A stretch of DNA of 63,140 bases, counting the filler, from Bipalium vagum (Eukaryota), in assembly GCA_037834085.1 (NCBI GenBank). It is 3 parts of 3 records of this genome, joined end to end, with 100 filler letters (N's around TTAATTAATTAA, not from the genome) between each part and the next. Parts side by side here need not be neighbours in the genome. Positions count along the whole stretch, not along the records: positions 25,792 to 44,508 come from JBBMKC010021625.1; 2 more parts are not named here. One strand, given 5' to 3'. Position 1 is the first letter of the stretch. Each line of letters starts with the position of its first letter. The notes under the pieces are model-generated. The model was not told where the DNA came from and searched no databases. It saw nothing but the letters and a program-made list of their open reading frames with translations. Below, piece by piece: positions 27,870 through 42,266 of this stretch. The position numbers were made by a program, and so were the translations under genes.

Positions 27870-28698
27870 TTTTGTAAAATATTTAATTAAAAGCTGTTGC
27901 TCATAAAAGACCTTTTATTCCAATTGATATATTCCTACTGAGTTGGTCGCTGTTCCAAATAGACTAGTAAGACTTTTTCAGAAATACCTTCTTAAAGAAC
28001 TCTCTAGAAAGGCTTTTCAGTCTGATTATCTCTGGTATCTAATTAAGAATGAAAATGTTTTTTCGTGAAATCAAGTCCATTGATCAGAAACAGGTATCAC
28101 ATAGTATCTATTTTTTATTGCACATCATTATTCGATGAAGAATTAGGTCATTTCGACTGCATAAAACTTGTAAATGACATATTCTTGATTATCGTTCAGT
28201 TTGTGAGGAATTCATTAAAATTAATAAATAATTAGTTTTAAATCTTTTCAGTTGATCACATATGATTTGAAACTGTTTCAACATAAAATCGAGATTTTTT
28301 GCAATCTCTTGAACTGTTGAACGTGGATTGTCTACGCCTTATTCAATTTTTTGACGATATTTGTTGGTCTACCACTTTCTTTATTTCATAGATTTGCGAC
28401 TTCTTCTTTGGACTTTTTAAACCATCTTTAAACTGTGTGAACTTCACAAGTATCTGTTCTTGCTCACTTGTACAGACATTCGACCAAGTTTAAATTCATA
28501 CAGAAAAACAGATCTAAAATTGCAGTTCATCGTAATTTCTAATAATTAGAAAATTGTAATATAAATAACAAAATATCTCTAAAGAAATATTACTTTTAAC
28601 GTTTAAAATAAGCTGTAAAAGATTCAATTTAATGACTTCCTTGACAATTAAAATTAGCTTAAAAACAAATTATGAAATTTCTCTATTGAACAACATAA
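27870..28698 (-). mobile_element. Decayed mariner
   Basis: MNCNFRSVFLYEFKLG, RWFKK, NPRSTVQEIAKNL; mariner-like C-terminal remnant near 27920-28020. Confidence 0.7.
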
Positions 28699-30543
28699 TA
28701 CTAATTTTAAACAGCGATTGTTAGCGAACCATGGGAAAAATGTAAAGAGTGATTTTTAAATAAGGATTTCATTGTTTCTGCTTCATTCGACCTGTTTCTA
28801 TTTTTTTTGATTCAGTTTGAAGTGTTTATACCAGTGTTTACATATTTTCAAACAGAACATCTAATAATTAATTTATTGATATACGTGAACAAGAAATAAT
28901 AGCTGAAATATCAAATTACACGAACTTGCACCTGTTCGATCCCAACAATTTACACGTAGAGTCAAGGAATTCTGCTCAGTAAAAATAATACCCTGAAATT
29001 GTAAATCATTTTGAAAAATATTACCTCTCAACCAATCATAAATGAGAAATATTTTTCAAATATTTCTTTATTAAAACAAATGCATTTACAAAATTAATTA
29101 TAATGGAAACAGATAATAATAGAAACCAATTTAATTAAGAAAAAAATTTAACATTTTCAAAATCTTGAAATGAAAACAGAGAACATTTATTTTCTAATTA
29201 TTATTTCACGTATTAAATCACGTATTATTTCACGATAATTTTCCAAATAATTCAATGTTAGAAACCTCAGTAACATTTTCAAAATATCTTTCTAATTATA
29301 CTATTGAATAAAAACAAAACAAATAATAATAATGAATAAATAAATAAATAAATGAATAATTACAATAATTATAGCACGGATTATTTGAAACTAATATATT
29401 TAATGAATGTTGGCTATCAGTTCACAGAAATGATCAAAGAAAGATCAAATATACTTTTTATTTGTTTGATTAAATTCACCAAATTAAATGCCCTTGAAAT
29501 ATTGATAATTGATTTTTTTCAATAAATATACTTAGTTTATTTATATAAACATTTTCAATATCTAGCCAAATTGAAAATAATAATAAAAACTTTAACAATT
29601 ATTTATTAAATTAAAAATATATTTTTTTAACAAGTTTAACTCAAAAATCAGATTTTTTAAACCCATATAAATTTTTTTGTCATTTTTCTTTCAGTGTCGA
29701 GAGAATATAAAATTTAACAAATTGAATTTCTGGGAATTAATTAAAACAAAAATAAAAGTTTTATTAAATGGAATCCAATATGGATTTGCATTATCCTTAA
29801 TATAAAAAATATTGTTAAAGGTTTTTAGTTGAGATGCGCTTAATTATTATTTTTCATATTGGCAGAAGCACGAAGCGATTTTTTAAAATGAAAATAATCG
29901 ATATTTAATTAAGATTCCTTGGTTTTTAAAATCAGAAATTCAACTCTGAAATCAAGTAAATAATTTATCGAATGGCGTTTGAAGTCTAAAATCAATTACA
30001 AAGAAGTCTGAACAATCCAGGAAATTCTTTCGAAGGAATATCCAAATATATTTAAAACAAAAAATATCAGTTCTCTTAATTTTTATTTTCTAATTTGATT
30101 TCTATTCGCTTTTACTTGTTATTGAATATATAGGTATTTAAGAAGTTCTTAATTAATACAATTAATACAATTTCATAAAATTTTACTTTTCTTTTTCAAA
30201 GGAAAACCATTGTGAGTTATATAAATCATAAACAACAATAATAATTGGTTTTTGAGAAATGGAGAGAGAAATAAATTGAATGAGATATTTAGATAAATAA
30301 AATTAATTTAAGTCAATTTAGTGAAGCAAATTAAATAGTTAAATATATATTTTAATTATTTTATTTTCATTAAATATATTTTTGAAAAATAAATAAAACT
30401 TATTAATCACAATTTCTGACTGACTTTCGCGGTAGAAGATTAAAACAATGATTATAAATTATATTTAACTGACTAAAGCAACTATTGTCGCAGCGAACAT
30501 TTCTATATTTATAATCAATAATATTATATAATCAATCATATCA

Positions 30544-30544
<1 letters not shown>

Positions 30545-30586
<42 letters not shown>
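30545..30586. repeat. (TTA)n microsatellite
   Basis: Perfect TTA run. Confidence 0.9.
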
Positions 30587-30587
<1 letters not shown>

Positions 30588-30879
30588 AGGATTTTTAATA
30601 TTGATCTAAAGAGTGTTAGAGATGGGTTAGAACTTTTCTTTTGGATTACATTTTTTATATATTAACAAATAATTCAATGAAAACAAGTTTTACTACAAAT
30701 TAAAAAAAAATATATTTTAAGTATAAAAAAAGAAATTTGTTTTATTTATTGAAATATTACTTATAAAATCCTTTTCGTTAAAATGATTTATTGTTTTAAT
30801 TTTCTATTCTAATTCCAACTATTAATTTTTCTAATAAAAATAACCAAATGATTTTAATTTTAAGTGTTCTTCAATTCCG

Positions 30880-31480
30880 ACCATTTACCATAAGGACACA
30901 TTGCGTTTAGCAATGAAAATATATTTCACGTTTTATTTTTTATTTCCATATTCACTTCTCTGTTTTCTGAGTAAAGATTCAGATAATCAAGCTTTGATTC
31001 TTTTTTCTTTTTTCCCCGTGCATTCTTAAAATACCAATTTTTTATTTTCTGGATTTATTCGCCCATTAACCAGTACATTTTAATTCACCAGGTAAACAAA
31101 ATTTCTAACTTATAAAAAATTAAGTGTCATGGTCGTTAATGTACAGAAAATATTATTTTGGGTTATTTAAAGTATCTTCTAACCTTCATTTATTACTGTA
31201 TCAAGGAATTAATGTCAATTTCTGAACACTTAATGAATAATATATCCACTATAATTTGCTTTCACTGTCTAGTAAATGATTTACTCAAAGAATCTGATTA
31301 AACAGTCTTCAATGTATTCAGAAGAGTTCAGGAACTATTTTTGATTGAAACGACTGATTTTCTGAAATGGTAAAACCATCTTTGATATTTGCTCTTGCTG
31401 AGTACTTCACTGTACTAGAAATGAAATATTTTTCGTAGTCTCTACAGCTTTGGAATTTCTTTCTAAATAAATACGAGGTT
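30880..31480 (-). mobile_element. Decayed mariner 5' part
   Basis: KAVETTKNI and YSEVLSKSKYQRWFYHFR resemble the HTH and 'QRWF' motif. Confidence 0.5.
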
Positions 31481-31659
31481 GATTTTGTTAAAAAGCCCTA
31501 TAAACGGGGATTGTTTAAATTATTCAAATCAATCTAAATTATATTATGCAGAACTACGAGCTCAAAGCAACTTATCCATGTAATTTTCAATAATTTCACA
31601 ACTTATTTTAATTCCAAATAGATCATAACTATACTAAATTAAAAAGTAATTTAACAAAA

Positions 31660-32310
31660 ATGAATCTAATAGAGCTGAGCAAGATCTTCATTACAATTGA
31701 CTCAGTTAAATGATTCGGTAGTTTTGTCAGTTATTTTTTTACATATGAATTAATTCCAATAAGTTACATTGATTCTCTTGTGGGAATAAAATATTTTATC
31801 ATTCCTAAACCTCATCTTTTCGGTCTAATAAAAAAGTGCAATAAAAATGCAGTTTTTTTTCAAATAAAACATTTAAAAGATCCAGAAAAGGAGTTTAAAA
31901 TGTATTATTTCTCTTATTAGTATGGGGTGCATGAATTTCGGAAAACTGGAATAAGATAATGATTCCTGAAATTTAGAATATTGGCAACCTCATTGTATTA
32001 GCTGGAACAAAACTAAAACATTGGTGTACTAAAGATTTAGTAAACATTAAATATAAAAGATCAGAGGACTAACCTAATATATTATAAGAAAGGTATATGA
32101 AAATTTGTATAATCTTCTGTCTGATATGGACTTCCAGAACTTTCAAGTAAATATTTAAAATTGTTCAATTAAATATTTCAATTTTAGGTAAATCATTTGA
32201 AAAATTTTGTAAACCATTTCAATTCTGAAATCCATACCAGAAGTATTGAGGCACTTTGGAGAGTTATCAAAAGAAAATTAAGATCAAATAGAGGTACAAA
32301 TTATATAAAT
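31660..32310 (+). mobile_element. Merlin (ISXO2/IS1016-like) transposase relic with a 41-nt intron
   Basis: Removing GT..AG 32147-32187 gives YNLLSDMDFQNFQ|VNHLKNFVNHFNSEIHTRSIEALWRVIKRKLR. This matches the Merlin motif Y..L...G..H..VNHS.NFV.P...HTQ.IE..W...KR. Confidence 0.78.
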
Positions 32311-33769
32311 AATAAATATAAATATAAAATAAGTTTTTTTAAAATAATTTTCAAAATTTATTTTTTAGGAAAAAAATTTTTTAAAAAAATTATTATTATC
32401 CAATAATAATTAAGAAGAATAATTTTTAATTTTTAGATGCCGTTATTTAGCGATTGAAAATGTAAATTATCAAAAGCATTGACTGATGAAGAACTGAAAA
32501 ATAAAAGTTCGAAAATTGTATCAAAAAAATAAAAAAATATATATAAAAATTTAAATAATATCGAAAATTATTTAGGTAACATTAAATATTAGATGATATT
32601 GTTTTAAAAATTTTATTGAATTAACTTTTGTATAATATAAATTAGATAATTTAAACAAATGCTGTATTTAACTATTAATTATATTAAAACAATGGTATTA
32701 ATATTAATTAAGTCTCACTATTTTTCTGGCACTGCTATTCATAGAATTTTGTAAAGTTATTTTACTTGAACAATTAATAAAATTATTAAATTAATATTTA
32801 ACCAAAAACTTTTTTCTTCACAACCTAAGATACTTTAAATTAGATATTCTAAGATAAGAACATTTTTATTATAAAAACTATTGACTTTTTTTTAATACTG
32901 TAGTTAATAACGATAAAGTATAAAATAAATATATAAATAAAGCTATTTTAATAATGTATTATTCAATAAAAAACTATAATATGTAATGAAAGAAAATTAA
33001 AATTATTTAGACCAAATTTAGAGATTTAACATCATTGATTTAAAGCTGGCTGTTGAAAAAATAATCAGAATTATTGATAATCAATTTCAGAAAATGGAAG
33101 GATGAGTGAATTTTCAGATTCTTAGCAAAACTATCGAACTAATAGCAACGGGAAATCAGTAACAAGCATATGGAGGCAATGTTAGCAGAATTTAGAAAAT
33201 AGGAATTAAAACAAAATATTTAAAATCTTTTTGAAACTATTCAATATTATTTAGTTTTTAATTAAATTTTTTATAACACATTTTCCAAAACGGCCATCTT
33301 CAATGGAATTAAAAAACAAAAGCAAAATTAACTTCTTCCGATATGCCTCTGTGATATGTCTGCTGAACTCTACAATTTCCATATTCAATACATAAAATCA
33401 GCTATTGATGTTCGGATTTCATTTTGATTGCGTATAGAATTTTTTAAAAAATTATTTTATTTTTTTGAAGTAACAAATAATTTTAACCAATATTTCATTT
33501 AATTTCCTTTTTAAACTAATATAGAAATACATCAATAAAAATCAATAAAATAGAGCGAATATCATTGAAATTGTGATAATTTGAGACATTGACAGACTTT
33601 TATAAGATTAAGTTTTGATTAAGCCTGAACATGGATAACGGGTGATGAAAAAAAGTGAAAATCCTAAATTATGGATTACTAACAAAAGATAAATATTTTT
33701 TTAAAATCAATATTTTTTGTTTAAATCTGTGTAACAGATTAAGATATTTATTTTATTCCCGTAGTTATT

Positions 33770-34430
33770 TTTAAAAGTTGATGTAAAGCAAGAGATTGAA
33801 CGAGACGACGTGTACAACTATGATCTTGAGTATCGATCTGAATGTAAAAGTAACACAGTGCAGAATAAGATACATCAAATCATCAATTACATGTATATAG
33901 AATAATTCAAAATGTTTAAAATGAAACTGGACATGAAAGAGTTCATGGAAATATTAGAATAACTCAAGTAATGATCAAAAAGAATGTCAGTGCTCTTCAA
34001 GTTATGTTAACCAACGACAAGAGAATTACTTCAACCAAGAAAAGACATAAAATGAAGATACCATTGAGAATTGGGTACTTCAAAAGTCACTTGTTTAAAC
34101 ATGAAAGCGTCAATTATGCCAAATCTATTATTTCTTTTTTAATAGACAAAAATTAATTTTGTAGAGACACATGGGAACTCTTCAGACTTTCCGAATGTCG
34201 TCCTATTGAGGACTTTCGAAATGTTTTAAAAATACTGATATAAAAGAATAATTGGTAAACCACTAATGTCAAACAATTGCGTAGAAGGAATTAATATCTT
34301 AAAAAAAAGATATGTTTAAGAATTTTTTTCTACATCGTCTCGCCAAGGATGTTCGGAGCCGACTTGAACTTGTATGGAGATATGAAGATTACTATTTATT
34401 AAATATATAAGCCTTTTTGCGACGCACTTA
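33770..34430 (+). mobile_element. ITmD37E (DD37E)-like Tc1/mariner relic
   Basis: NYAKSIISFLIDKN / NFVE / PECRPIEDFRNVLKILI*KNNW*TTNVKQLRRR matches the DD37E-type HYAK...P.CRPIE.FW..LK..VY..NW.....QL..R C-terminus. Confidence 0.7.
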
Positions 34431-35779
34431 TTTCACTTTTAAAAAAATACATTATTCAATTTAATGAAGACCTCTAGCTCTTTTAAGGTTTTCGCACTTC
34501 TTATAATAAAAAGACGACTATTATGACTGTAGTCGACTATATGAAATATATTTCATTCTATGGCAAAAACTGGTCAAGAAGTTTAACAAATAATAAAAAC
34601 CTGGTTATAACTCAAAGAAAACCTTGAATAGTCGCCCTCAATTTCGTTAAGTTACTGAAATCAATATAACTGATAAATATACTGCAAAACAGCCCGTTAC
34701 TCAGTTGCCACATCTTTAATAAAATTAATGTTTGTTACGCAAAAACACTGCCCTTTGAATTAGAATTGTAGGATAAAATATATAAGTATTTTATCGAATT
34801 TATTTAGCTAATTAATTCGAGAGAGCTCTAAGTAATTAAATAAGACAATGTTTCGTTACAATTTAAAGAAGTGTTAAGTGTTAATAAATCCATCGACTGA
34901 TTTTTGTTCCACTTTTCTACTCAAGGGCTTCAAGGGTTAAAAGCCGCTATCTCTAATTAACTTGGATTTTTATATTTATTTTTGTGTGTGATTTATTATA
35001 CACTTAAAAAAGGAGATATAAAAATATACTTTATAACTCTTCAGAGTGGCGCATTCATATATTTTATAAATAAAAATTTAGTGCCCCAATTGAAAACGGG
35101 TATAAGTGGTATAAGAAAATCTTACTGAAAACTGTACTTTATAATTTATCTCAATGATATCTGGCCTGGTCTATTATAGTCCTGGTGGAATTTTTGTTTT
35201 ATATTTTAAAACCACGTTCAATAATGGTGAACAAAAAGTTTTATCATTATTATAAAGGAATATTAATAAAATAAAATAAAGTGGAGACTAAGAATACTAC
35301 TATCCTTATCCATATCCCAATCAAGTCATGACCAGAATTGTAGCCAATTTCTTGTCCGATTTAAATGGAATGATCATAGAAAATGGAGACAAATTTGGCT
35401 GGCGAGATCGAAATTACTGACGAGCTGGAATTAATTTTAGTGAAAAATATAGACAAATGTGATGGAGTCTATCCAGATTTCTCAGAAAAAACCAAAAAAT
35501 ATTCTCGGATAAAAATTCCAAAGTAACTCAAAAAATAACAATGTCCAAAAGCGGCTTTCCCAATATTACACTAATGAAAAACAAACATGATCCGATGGGC
35601 ACTCATCTCTACCTCGTTTCTCCTCAACTGACACATTTATGCAAACTCATTTATCTGATTATATTTCTTTAACAAATAACCAATTCATTAGCCAAATTGA
35701 ATATTGCCTTGTAAACATTTTCCGACAATATGAATGGAAAAAACGCACTGGGGGATTTTATTTGAAGTTGATAATTTTA

Positions 35780-36600
35780 AGGGAATATAATTTTAAGAAA
35801 TATTTTACCATAAATTATTCAGCTCGAAAGTCGTGCTTATGAGGTATTTGAAATCTTCATTTGGAAAAAGATTTCCTATTAGTAGCAAAATCTAATTATA
35901 AAAATGTGTCCTAATCCCAAGACAATTTATATCTAACATAATGTGATAAATTGGACATAACTGTTTCCAGCTGTTCGGCGAAAAGCTCCTGCGATCATTA
36001 ATAATCCCAGTCAACTTGATTTCAAAGGGGGCATTTCATTAAAGTTTGACGCAAACATTCATATTTCATCAGTTTTGACAAGATTGTTTGTCTTGACCGC
36101 AAGCGGCAATGATCGGGTTCTGAGATAACAATATTATCAAGTGCTAACTATTGATTATATTAAATTAAGCTGGACTCAGTAGGAAACGATGGATGCGTTC
36201 TACTGTCTTCCTGGTGTGGCATTATCGCTGGGGTTATTCCAAATAATAAATAGGGAAAAACTATTTCTAAACATGCAAAAAGTATTTTTAATCAATTAGT
36301 TGTCTGTTAATCAATAATCTCTCAAAATCATATTCCACTGTCTAACCTCATTGAAATAAAAATTCCATTAAAAGAAATTGATAACAGCTGGTCCAATAAT
36401 CCCTCTAATATATCAAAACAAACAGAGAAATAACACTCAAAAATCGACGCAGAAAACCCCTTCTACGCAGTTGAGAATTTCTCCCTTTCACAAAGCTGGC
36501 ATTTTTTAGATTTAACAATGATTTAGGGCATTTTCAAAATTTATTTTCTTCAAACATATTCATTTAAACAAATATTTAATTTGAAAATTTTCTAAATGAA
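35780..36600 (-). mobile_element. Degenerate non-LTR retrotransposon RT fragment
   Basis: Ordered remnants across frameshifts: FENALN, ASFVKGRN (cf. GFRKGRS), LLSPA*FNI (cf. LSP.LFNI), EDFKYLIST (cf. FKYLGS). Confidence 0.5.
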
Positions 36601-38879
36601 GATCAAATCAAATATCAAAAATTACAAGCATTATTTTCCAGAAAAATACCCCTCCCAATTAACATATATATATATGTGTAGGAAAAAAAGAAAATGATTT
36701 TCCTATTACCCATTGGAAATTTATTGATTTTTTAAATCTTTTTATATTTTCAAAAAGAAATTGTTTGAATTCTCATTTCTGAGAAATCTTGAGTTAATGT
36801 TTGAAAAACTACAAAATGGAAATAATGTTAGAAATATGGATTTTATCAAATTAATTCCAAAGATTCCAAAATCGCCATTTTTTTCTTTTTTAGTTCACAG
36901 ACAAATATTTTCGCTCGAATTTCAGTGTAATAGTTTTTTTAAAATAATTATTTGGACATTTTAAATGGCAACCTTCAAAGGAATCTGATTCCATGATGTA
37001 CAAGATGTAATTAACTCAATTGCCTTCAGTCTCGATTTAATAAAGACACAATTAGTTCTAAATCTACATGAAGATAATAACAAGAATAATTAATATTATT
37101 ATTTTTGTTACATAAATTTTTCCAGTGAAATTTCCTTAGTTTTTCGCTAGATGAGAATATAAATTGGCGAGAATTAATTTTTTTATGATCAATTTTCATT
37201 TTATGAGATTTAAAAATATAAGGATTTTTTGTTTTATTAAATATTGGTCAGAGTCTCTAAAATAAATGATATTAAAAAAAATAATTTTTACAGATATCTT
37301 TTAATAAAAAAAATACATTACTAGGTAAAAATACTAATAATGTAAATGTGAACACAAAAATTACAAAAATATTTCGATTTAATCAATTAAATTATCTATT
37401 TTAAAATCAACAAAAATTTTTTAAAAAATCAATAATATTCTCTAGGTTTCCAAATATATTATTGGAATAAATTTAAATTTAAAAATATAATAAATATATA
37501 AATAAAAAATATAATATAATTTATATAATAATAATTTATTAATAGTTATATAAAATCTATTTAAAAAAATAATTAAAATAATAAATTAATTGGTAAGTTA
37601 TTATAAATTATTATTATTATAAATTATTTATATTAATTTTAATTTTAATTAACTATAAAATAAAATAAATTTTAATATTCTGTAAAATATAAATAATAAT
37701 TATTTAGAGTTTATCATGTTAGGTCAAAAAATTATTATCAGAAATTAAAAAAAAATATTTTTTCTCGTGTATCCTAAAAATTTTAGGCCAATCAATGAAA
37801 ATAACCTTAACAAATATAAACAAATAATGAAATTTTTTGATATGGTTGAACAGTTTTTGAAAATAAATTTTCTTTTATGATTCTTTTGTAATAAAATGAA
37901 AACCATGAAATTGATATTTTGGATCAAGGAATGGAAGAAAAATTTGATTAGTTTCGGTGAAAATCAAATATTATTAAAACTTGCAGACATTTTTCAAATG
38001 ACATAAAAATCATATTATTACTCTATTCTCATACGAATCCCATCTGATTTCGATAAAAATAAATAATTTATTTTCCAATGTAAAGAGTTATTTTTTCTTA
38101 AAAATCTCGTTATAAATATAATAATAATAATTGTGTCTTTCATTTGTCAGCGCAGATCTTGTTGTACAGAATTGAATCCTAAGACAAATATTTTTTACAA
38201 ATCAAAGATGAAGACTATTCTTGATCTTTCATTTCAGGATTTAATTTTCATTTTAAAATAAAAGCTTGGTAGTCGTCGTTATGTCTACAGAAACTCTATT
38301 CATCTATTGTTTTTATATCAGATTAAATTAGAATAATAAATAAAAAAATTTTAAAAATCCTAAATGAAAAAAACCATTTCAGAGTTTGAGTAATACTCAT
38401 CCCTTCAATGATAATTAGAATTTTTATTTATTTATTTTTCGATCACTTCATTAAAACAAATATTAAGGATTGCAATTGAGCAAATATTACAATGAAGGAA
38501 CTTTTAAAATATGATTAATTAACGTTCCACTTTTGATAAAAGTTTAAGAAAAATAAGTTAACCAGTCTGAATATAAATATATTAATGTAAAAAGATACAA
38601 AAATATTATTTCAATCATCTCTAATGAGATCCGATAATATTGACATTAAATATTGTTGAGAGATCAGAGTTAAGCAAGCTGATAAATTGTCATTCCCATC
38701 TCAGTCTTAAATGAAATTATATTCCCTAATTGTACATAATTCTGCATTAACGTTATGTAAAATTCCTGAGTTGCTGAGTTTTTAACAAAAAGAAAAATAA
38801 AATTAAATAGAAAGAAAAGAGGACCAAAGATTGACGAATTGGATTCAAAGTAAAAACGATGGCTTATCAGGGTTCACTC

Positions 38880-39338
38880 TTAATTGATTATTCCAAAAAA
38901 TTAACTCGGGAATTTTTCGAAGTGAAATTTATTTTTATATTATTATTTTTGTTTAAAAAATGAGAACAATAATGGATTCAACTAATGGTTGAATTCACAG
39001 TTAAAAATATTAAATTGATGAACAGGACTGCGATGAATTTCGCAGAGAGGACGCAGACCACCAAACAATCATCATCAGTTTCTTTTGGTGTAACATTGTC
39101 TTTACAAAATGTTATGGGGCTTAATCATGGTCCTGAACCTTAAATCGACGATATTTCTGATGTTCATTTAATTCGTGTGGAACAAAATTGTCGAGCTTTT
39201 TTCACTTACCAATCTCACTCATATGAATCGAAATTATTCCAATGTAACACCTTTTTCTGTTATTTTTATTTTTTATTATGATTTTTGTTGAAATTTGTTT
39301 TTCCTTTTGATTTTGCGAACTTTTCAAACTACCCTTGT
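38880..39338 (-). mobile_element. Multiply deleted mariner (cecropia-like)
   Basis: GK*KKLDNFVPHELNEHQKYRRFKV joined to AP*HFVKTMLHQKKLMMIVWWSAS. Confidence 0.8.
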
Positions 39339-40579
39339 AGTATGAATAATTTGTCACAGGTTGCCTTTATACATCAATATTGTTAACCATATTTATTTAT
39401 TACTAATAAATATGCCCGGTTTTCAATAAAAATATTTTTAAAGAAATAATGAAGTCATTGTACCATTAATTACTCGCCTTAAAATTAAATCAGAGGGGTC
39501 CTTTTGAAATCATTACAAGGAAACCTACCATTATTAAATTAGCGAACTCCGTGCATTAAACCGATTTCAAAACTGTTTATTGTGAGTGATTAGTAAAAGT
39601 AATTTGATTAAAGGTATTCAAAATCCCTTGGAAAAACTGGATTTATTTTATAATCTTTTAATAACAGTAATGGGCGATTCAACCAAAAAAGACGTGCAGC
39701 ATTACGAATACTACAAAGCGGCAAATTTATTTATTTGAAAAATTATAATGAAAAGAAATATTGTAAATAATTTTTGTGACATATTTTTTGCGGTTCTCAT
39801 TAAGAAAAAATAGAGATTGAACACGTTCAACTTTTGACAGAAATTATTTATGTTAAAATTTGCTCACTTATTTAAAATATAAAAAATAATAATTCTCAAA
39901 CATTTTTGAAAAACTTTTATTAAAATTATAACTTTAAAGTAGCAAGAACAAAAACGTTCTTAACTCAATATTGTTAAAGAGTCTTTGATATATCATGATA
40001 TATTAATTGAGTTATGTTTTCCTCAGTTTCTGAGATAATATAACAATGGTGTTTAATTTAATGACAAAGATGATAATTTTTGTATAGGGAAAATATCAAA
40101 GGAACTTTTTTTCCACTCAAGGATCATCTTTAATGAAAATATCAATTAATTAGTAAATTAAAGGCTACAGTATTAAAAAATATAAATAAAATACTAAAAA
40201 GGAGGAAGTGAATAGGAAATATTAAAAGAGAAATTATAGCAGCGAGAGTTCGAAATGAAACATTAAATTTAATAAATCCACGTTGGTTAAAGGTTACTAA
40301 ACAAAATTTCAGATGATGTGCTAAGTTAATTCAGCATAAAATTTTCTATTATTTTTTAAAAAATAAAATAAATAAACAGCAAATAAAATAAACATATTTA
40401 TATATATAATACCGACTGAATAATGACCAAAGAAAGATGAAAATGTACTGTGTTAAGGGACAGCTTTTTACTAATTTCAGGTCTTAATATAATAATTTCA
40501 AATTATCATATAGTTCGAAATAGTTCGTAATAGTTCGACAACGTAACTGAAAATATTAATGAATTCTCTAAATACACTA

Positions 40580-40800
40580 AAAAAGTTAATCATTTCATGA
40601 TTAAGCCTGTACTTAATTTGTTTAGATAACAAATGGCTTTTACTAATGCCATAATACACATGTGCTTGTCACCAATATTCGACAACATTTCCCACAATAT
40701 TTATCAAATAATATTTTAATGGGCTTTAAAAGCTTTCGAAGAGCTTTCAAAAATTCATGTCAGATAAAATGAGATCAAACCACGAATTTATCCTAAACCC
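40580..40800 (-). mobile_element. Possible LINE RT fragment
   Basis: ILWEMLSNIGDKHMCIMALVKAI resembles the segment after the KAFD motif of LINE RTs. Weak. Confidence 0.3.
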
Positions 40801-41299
40801 TTAAAAGACGTCTATTATTCAAAAACAAGCAAACATTCATTAGCCATTTTTAAATCTTTTGATAAATTATTTAATAAACGTAATAGGAGCTCTCCGACAG
40901 AAAAATTAATCCAAATTTTTTAAGGCTTATTTTTTGAGGTAAATATGAGAAATAGTTCTTTAATAGTTCACAGAATTGTTTCAATCAACAAAATATCCTA
41001 AAATAATATTTGTCAAACAACAAAATTCGCTGTTCTCAGATTTTAATTACATGATATTTTTCAAAAGAATTTTAACAATAACTTTTTCCACAAAATTTAA
41101 GTATAATAAATAATGATCCACTGAAATTATTATAATTATCTGATCATTTCTCTTAAAAGGGAAAATATAATAATTTTTCATTTTGCTGAAATATTTTATT
41201 GATAATATTATTTATTTTTGTATATTATTTATATAATATATTTTTTTAATTATGTACTTGTAGATTTAATTAAATAATGAATATTTACTTTTCAGAAAT

Positions 41300-42266
41300 A
41301 GATAACTAAAACGAGATACATGCCAAAACATTAGAAGATCTGGTGGATATTCGTTGACAAAACATCTTAGTCAGAATTTTATCCATTTGATTTAACATAT
41401 GATAATCTAATGGCGAGAGGTTCGGCGAATAAATTGGATGACGTAAAACTTCGCAGCTCAAAGTATGTAACTTTTTTGCTATTAAACCTAAAAACATGTA
41501 GTCTTACATTACCGTCTTACAAAATAGATCCCTTTCTATTAAAGTGCTGGTTGATTTTCAAGTAACTTTTAGTTATAGTAAAAAAGTTATAATTAATTAA
41601 TCCAGCTGCAGGCCATCAAATAGTATACTTTTTCCTTTTTGTTTGATGGATTTACTTAGGCACGCATTTTGGTTTTTCATCTTCATCCAATCATTGTATT
41701 GATCTTCACCGATTGTCATAGAATATTCATTTCTCATCACAGGTTATAATTTGAGAGAAAATATATCATTTCGGTTTTTCATTTTACCAATCTCTTGAAG
41801 ATGTCGGAAATGATTAACTTGGTTAAACTCAATTCTTCAGTAAGTTCTATAAACAAATCTCGTATTGATTTTAATTACAGCTTTCAATTGGCTGTTACTT
41901 ACGACAAAATCCGGTCTTCCACGGTCATTATATTCAATACTGATATGTTCACTTTTAAATTTCTGAAAATATCTTTATGTTGATCTTTCGCTTATAAATC
42001 CATAACCTTATGCGAAATTAATGTTTCTTACTTGCTTCTGATACATTATGATGAAATTTGAAGTCATAAAGAATGCAAATTTGAATATTTTATTCAATCA
42101 TGTTCTAGGAAATACAAAGATTAAGGTGTAATTTTAAATTGTACCACTTACTTTTAGAAATATATGAAAAGAGAGATTGGCGTTTTAGTTTGATTTATTA
42201 AAAGAATTATCATGAAAATCAATTAATTAAAACTGAAATCCGTCATTTCATGTGAGACAACCTGAT
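41300..42266 (-). mobile_element. Decayed mariner
   Basis: 5' TIR TA-TCAGGTTGTCTCACATGAAATGACGG. Peptides IQICILYDFK and KLHTLSCEVLRHPIYSPNLSPLDYHML. Confidence 0.85.
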
